From sequence record SRR20825006_666: a DNA stretch of 51,364 bases, one strand, 5' to 3'. Position numbers and translations under genes: made by a program. The notes below the pieces were generated by a model. It was not told the origin of the DNA. It did no database searches and saw nothing but the letters and a program-made list of their open reading frames with translations. Shown in pieces: positions 48,390-51,364 of the stretch. The number at the start of each line of letters is the position of its first letter. The first letter of the stretch is position 1.

Positions 48390-49280
48390 TTATTCGCCTT
48401 TAAAGGTGGCTTGAATATCGTCCAAAATGATGTTCATGGACTGGATGCCGCCGCCGGCAATGTAAAGCGGGGCAGATGACAAATAGACGACATGGCCGTT
48501 TTTCCAGGCGTTGGTTTCGTGCACCAATGGATTGTCCAAAGTCTTTTTGGCGCTTTCACCATCTTGGCCAATGGCAGCCAGCCGGTCGATCACGATCAAA
48601 ATGTCTGGGTTGGTGTCTTTGATAAATTCAAAGCTGGCGGCTTCACCGTGTGTGGATTGTTCAACATCCTTGGCGGCTTCTTCCAGATCGAGGTTGGTGT
48701 GCAACCAGCCAAAACGACCACTTGCGCCATAGGCTGAAACTTTTGGCCCGTTGGTCATCAAGATCAAGGCTTTGCCTTTACCGTCCAGCAAGGCTTTGGT
48801 TTCATCCAACTTTGCATTAAACGCGTCCGCCAATTCGTTGGCTTTGTCTTCTTTGCCAAAAATTTTGCCATAGGCATCCAAGCGTTCAAGGCCTTGGCCG
48901 ACAGTATCTTCCCAGATGGTCATGTCGATGGTGGGGGCGATTTTGGTGAAGGCTTCAACATGGGTTGAAGAGCGGCCACCGGCAATCACCAGATCAGCGT
49001 TCAGGGCGGCGAGTGCCTCAAAGTCTGGTTCAAAGAATGAGCCAACTGGTGTTGCGCCTTCAACGGCCCCATCGAGATAGGTCACATAGTGTGGACTTAA
49101 TACGCCGTCAGCTTTCACGCCAAGGGCATCCAGCGTGTCGAGCGCTGAAACGTCGTAGACAGCGATTGTGGCTGGGGTGGCAGGAACTTCGACGTCGCCT
49201 TGATAGGTTTTTACGGTCGCAGTATCGGCGAATGCGGGCGTTGCCAAAAGGGAGGCGGCAACTAAAATTGAGCGTAGCAT
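48390..49280 (-). CDS. Siderophore-binding periplasmic protein (CeuE/FatB/YclQ-like)
   Basis: Signal peptide AFA|D, ALDTLDALG, VGSFFEPD, GGRS, GRFG, HGE, IDRLAAIG, YIAGGG. Confidence 0.93.
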   Translation of the reverse strand: MLRSILVAASLLATPAFADTATVKTYQGDVEVPATPATIAVYDVSALDTLDALGVKADGVLSPHYVTYLDGAVEGATPVGSFFEPDFEALAALNADLVIAGGRSSTHVEAFTKIAPTIDMTIWEDTVGQGLERLDAYGKIFGKEDKANELADAFNAKLDETKALLDGKGKALILMTNGPKVSAYGASGRFGWLHTNLDLEEAAKDVEQSTHGEAASFEFIKDTNPDILIVIDRLAAIGQDGESAKKTLDNPLVHETNAWKNGHVVYLSSAPLYIAGGGIQSMNIILDDIQATFKGE

Positions 49281-49321
49281 TTTGTTCTCCAGAACGGATT
49301 TGTGTGGTGCGACCTTTAAGT

Positions 49322-49378
49322 GGAGCGGATAACTCATAATAAATTGAGAGTCTAGATTAAATATGAGTTTTTTGATCC
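49322..49378 (-). promoter_or_regulatory. Putative iron-responsive operators (imperfect TGA-N9-TCA)
   Basis: GGA-N9-TCA at 49322, TGA-N9-TTA at 49345, TGA-N9-TCC at 49364; AACTCATA/TATGAGTT inverted repeat. Confidence 0.4.
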
Positions 49379-49438
49379 TATTACCTAATTTCTACGCATG
49401 TTGGGAGAACCTTGGTACAAATTTTCTCAAAATAGGGC

Positions 49439-49469
49439 TTGAAGCTCTAGTCACTTGAGGTCCTATCCT
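49439..49469 (+). promoter_or_regulatory. MerR-family (CadR/ZntR/PbrR-type) promoter and operator
   Basis: TTGAAG-19 bp-TATCCT with dyad AGCTCTAGT-C-ACTTGAGGT spanning the spacer. Confidence 0.8.
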
Positions 49470-49503
49470 GATTGCCGACTCATCAAAACGAGATGGAAAT
49501 CTG

Positions 49504-51364
49504 ATGGACCGCATCGAAAAAGAAATGTGCGAATGGACCGTAACCGGAATGGATTGCGGCTCTTGTGCCAACAAAATCAAAACAGCTTTGGACCGTTTGC
49601 CGGGTGTTGAAAATGTTGATGTAGCGCTGATGAATGAGCGCTTGCGGGTGACATTGGATCAAGCCCAAACCCAGCGGCAGGATGTTGAGAAGATCGTCAC
49701 AAAGCTAGGCTTTGGCGTACAAGCGGCGCGCGAAGATAGTGATGCACATGTGTACAAGGAAAACTGCTGCGAGACAGCAGAATTAAGTGAACGCGCTGCA
49801 CCAGCCACAAAATGGTATCAAACCCCAAAGGGCAAGCTGGTCATTGGCTCAGGATTGCTCCTGGCGGTCGCTTGGGCCATCAAATTGATGTCCGGTGCGG
49901 AAATTGGCCATTGGGCATTTATCATTGCCTGCTTGGTTGGGCTGTTTCCTGTTGCCCGTCGGGCGCTGGTCATGGCGCAAACGCGACAATTCTTCACCAT
50001 CGAAATGTTGATGGCCATTGCCGCCACGGGCGCCTTGTTTATCAATGCGGCGGAAGAAGCAGCGTTGGTGGTCTTTCTGTTTGCGGTCGGTGAATTGTTG
50101 GAGGGCGTGGCGGCCAATCGCGCGCGGGAGGGTATCAAGGCTCTCGCAAATTTGGTGCCCAAAACTGCACTGCTGGAAACGGAAACTGGGCCGCAGGAAA
50201 TATCAGCTTCCAGTTTGCGGATTGGCCAAATCGTGATTGTGCGGCCGGGGGACCGATCGCCAGCGGACGGACAGATTGTGGAGGGCCATAGCGGCATTGA
50301 TGAAAGTCCGGTCACAGGCGAAAGTGTGCCGCGTGCCAAAGGGCCAGGTGACGACGTGTTTGCTGGGGCGATCAACACCGAAGCGACTTTGCGAGTGAGC
50401 GTCACCAAAAATCCGGAAGACAACACAATTGCGCGGATTATTCAGTTGGTGCAGGAAGCTGAAAGCGCCCGCGCGCCCACGGAGCGGTTTATTGATCGGT
50501 TTTCCCGATATTATATGCCAGCTATTATTGCTGCGGCAGTGTTGGTCGTGTTGGTGCCGCCGCTGGCCTTTGCTCAAGATTGGGGCACATGGGTTTATCG
50601 CGGTTTGGCGCTGTTGTTGATCGGTTGCCCTTGCGCCTTGGTGATCTCGGTACCAGCCTCCATCGCATCTGCATTGGCCACTGGTGCAAAAAATGGCTTG
50701 CTGATGAAAGGCGGGGCGGTCATTGAGGCCGCAGCAAAGGTCACGCGCGTCGCATTCGATAAAACCGGAACGCTCACCTATGGGCGACCTGTAGTGACAG
50801 ATATTATCCCGCTGCAGGCAGAAAAAGAAGAGGTGATTTCACTTGCGGCCGCGGTTGAGCAAAGCTCAAGCCATCCCTTGGCGCAGGCGATTGTGTCGCG
50901 TGCGAAGGAATTGGGGTTCAACATTGCCAGGTCTAAAGATGAGCAAGCATTGGCAGGTAAAGGCGTGCGGGCCACAATTGAGGGCACAACTGCTTTTGTC
51001 ACCAGTCCGAAATATGCCTTCAGCAAAGGTGCTCTGACCGAAACGGATTTGATGACCGCTGCAAAGATTGAGGCCGAAGGTAAAACCGTGGTTGCGGTAT
51101 ATCGTCATGCACAGGCGCTGGGCTTAATCGCTTTGCGAGATGAGCCGCGTGAGGATGCCCGCTCGGCCATTGAGCAATTGAAGCAATTGGATGTCTCATC
51201 GATCATGCTCACGGGCGACAATCCACGCACCGCATCTGCCATTGCGGGTGACCTTGGTGTGGACTTCCAAGCAGAAATGATGCCGCAGGATAAGCTTGAG
51301 GTGATCAAAGGCCTTACCCAGCATGATCAGGTGATGATGGTGGGCGATGGCATCAATGATGCGC
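49504..51364 (+). CDS. zntA: Heavy-metal P1B-type ATPase (ZntA/CadA-like), 3'-partial; absent from the ORF track
   Basis: Manual translation: MDRIEKEMCEWTVTGMDCGSCA (HMA), TGES, GCPCALVIS, DKTGTLT, SSHPLA, MLTGD, MVGDGINDA at the window end. Confidence 0.93.
   Translation, partial: MDRIEKEMCEWTVTGMDCGSCANKIKTALDRLPGVENVDVALMNERLRVTLDQAQTQRQDVEKIVTKLGFGVQAAREDSDAHVYKENCCETAELSERAAPATKWYQTPKGKLVIGSGLLLAVAWAIKLMSGAEIGHWAFIIACLVGLFPVARRALVMAQTRQFFTIEMLMAIAATGALFINAAEEAALVVFLFAVGELLEGVAANRAREGIKALANLVPKTALLETETGPQEISASSLRIGQIVIVRPGDRSPADGQIVEGHSGIDESPVTGESVPRAKGPGDDVFAGAINTEATLRVSVTKNPEDNTIARIIQLVQEAESARAPTERFIDRFSRYYMPAIIAAAVLVVLVPPLAFAQDWGTWVYRGLALLLIGCPCALVISVPASIASALATGAKNGLLMKGGAVIEAAAKVTRVAFDKTGTLTYGRPVVTDIIPLQAEKEEVISLAAAVEQSSSHPLAQAIVSRAKELGFNIARSKDEQALAGKGVRATIEGTTAFVTSPKYAFSKGALTETDLMTAAKIEAEGKTVVAVYRHAQALGLIALRDEPREDARSAIEQLKQLDVSSIMLTGDNPRTASAIAGDLGVDFQAEMMPQDKLEVIKGLTQHDQVMMVGDGINDA

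Noticed and set aside
49812-51308. Small ORFs listed at the right end of the window
   Set aside because: All overlap the continuous P-type ATPase frame starting at 49504
1-51364. Many short antisense or overlapping ORFs in the track, and long N-terminal extensions of slyX, thiP, eipA, ctrA, cheR and the M20 gene
   Set aside because: They are shadows of well-supported genes; downstream starts match RBS position and family N-termini

Overview
Chromosomal segment of an alphaproteobacterium of the Hyphomicrobiales (Rhizobiales); gene order and roughly 50% GC suggest a marine Devosiaceae/Maritalea-like organism (inference). The left half is conserved backbone: ftsH (partial), glmM, an Omp25/RopB-like porin, serC-serA, slyX, purA, an RgsA-like acidic membrane protein, TPP-riboswitch-controlled thiBPQ with divergent thiN, rpoH and rluD. 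The middle is the cell-cycle/motility locus eipA-YHS-chpT-cheAWYBR-ctrA-fliI-fliJ, with several CtrA boxes and a GANTC cluster; it is interrupted by an HxlR/SMP-30 cassette carrying three operators spaced 27 bp apart. The right part is accessory: an orphan membrane-anchored coiled-coil protein, a putative quinone/electrophile detoxification group (Xi-class GST, tandem HxlR, two VOC proteins, one secreted), arfB, a CeuBCDE-like iron-siderophore ABC transporter and a partial ZntA/CadA ATPase behind a MerR-type promoter. It also holds the best candidate for an undescribed system: a ROK-repressed catabolic operon joining an M20 deacylase, a sugar-type ABC importer and a YhfX-like PLP enzyme. No tRNA, rRNA, CRISPR array, transposase or integrase was seen. 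All calls come from motif recognition by eye, without database searches.
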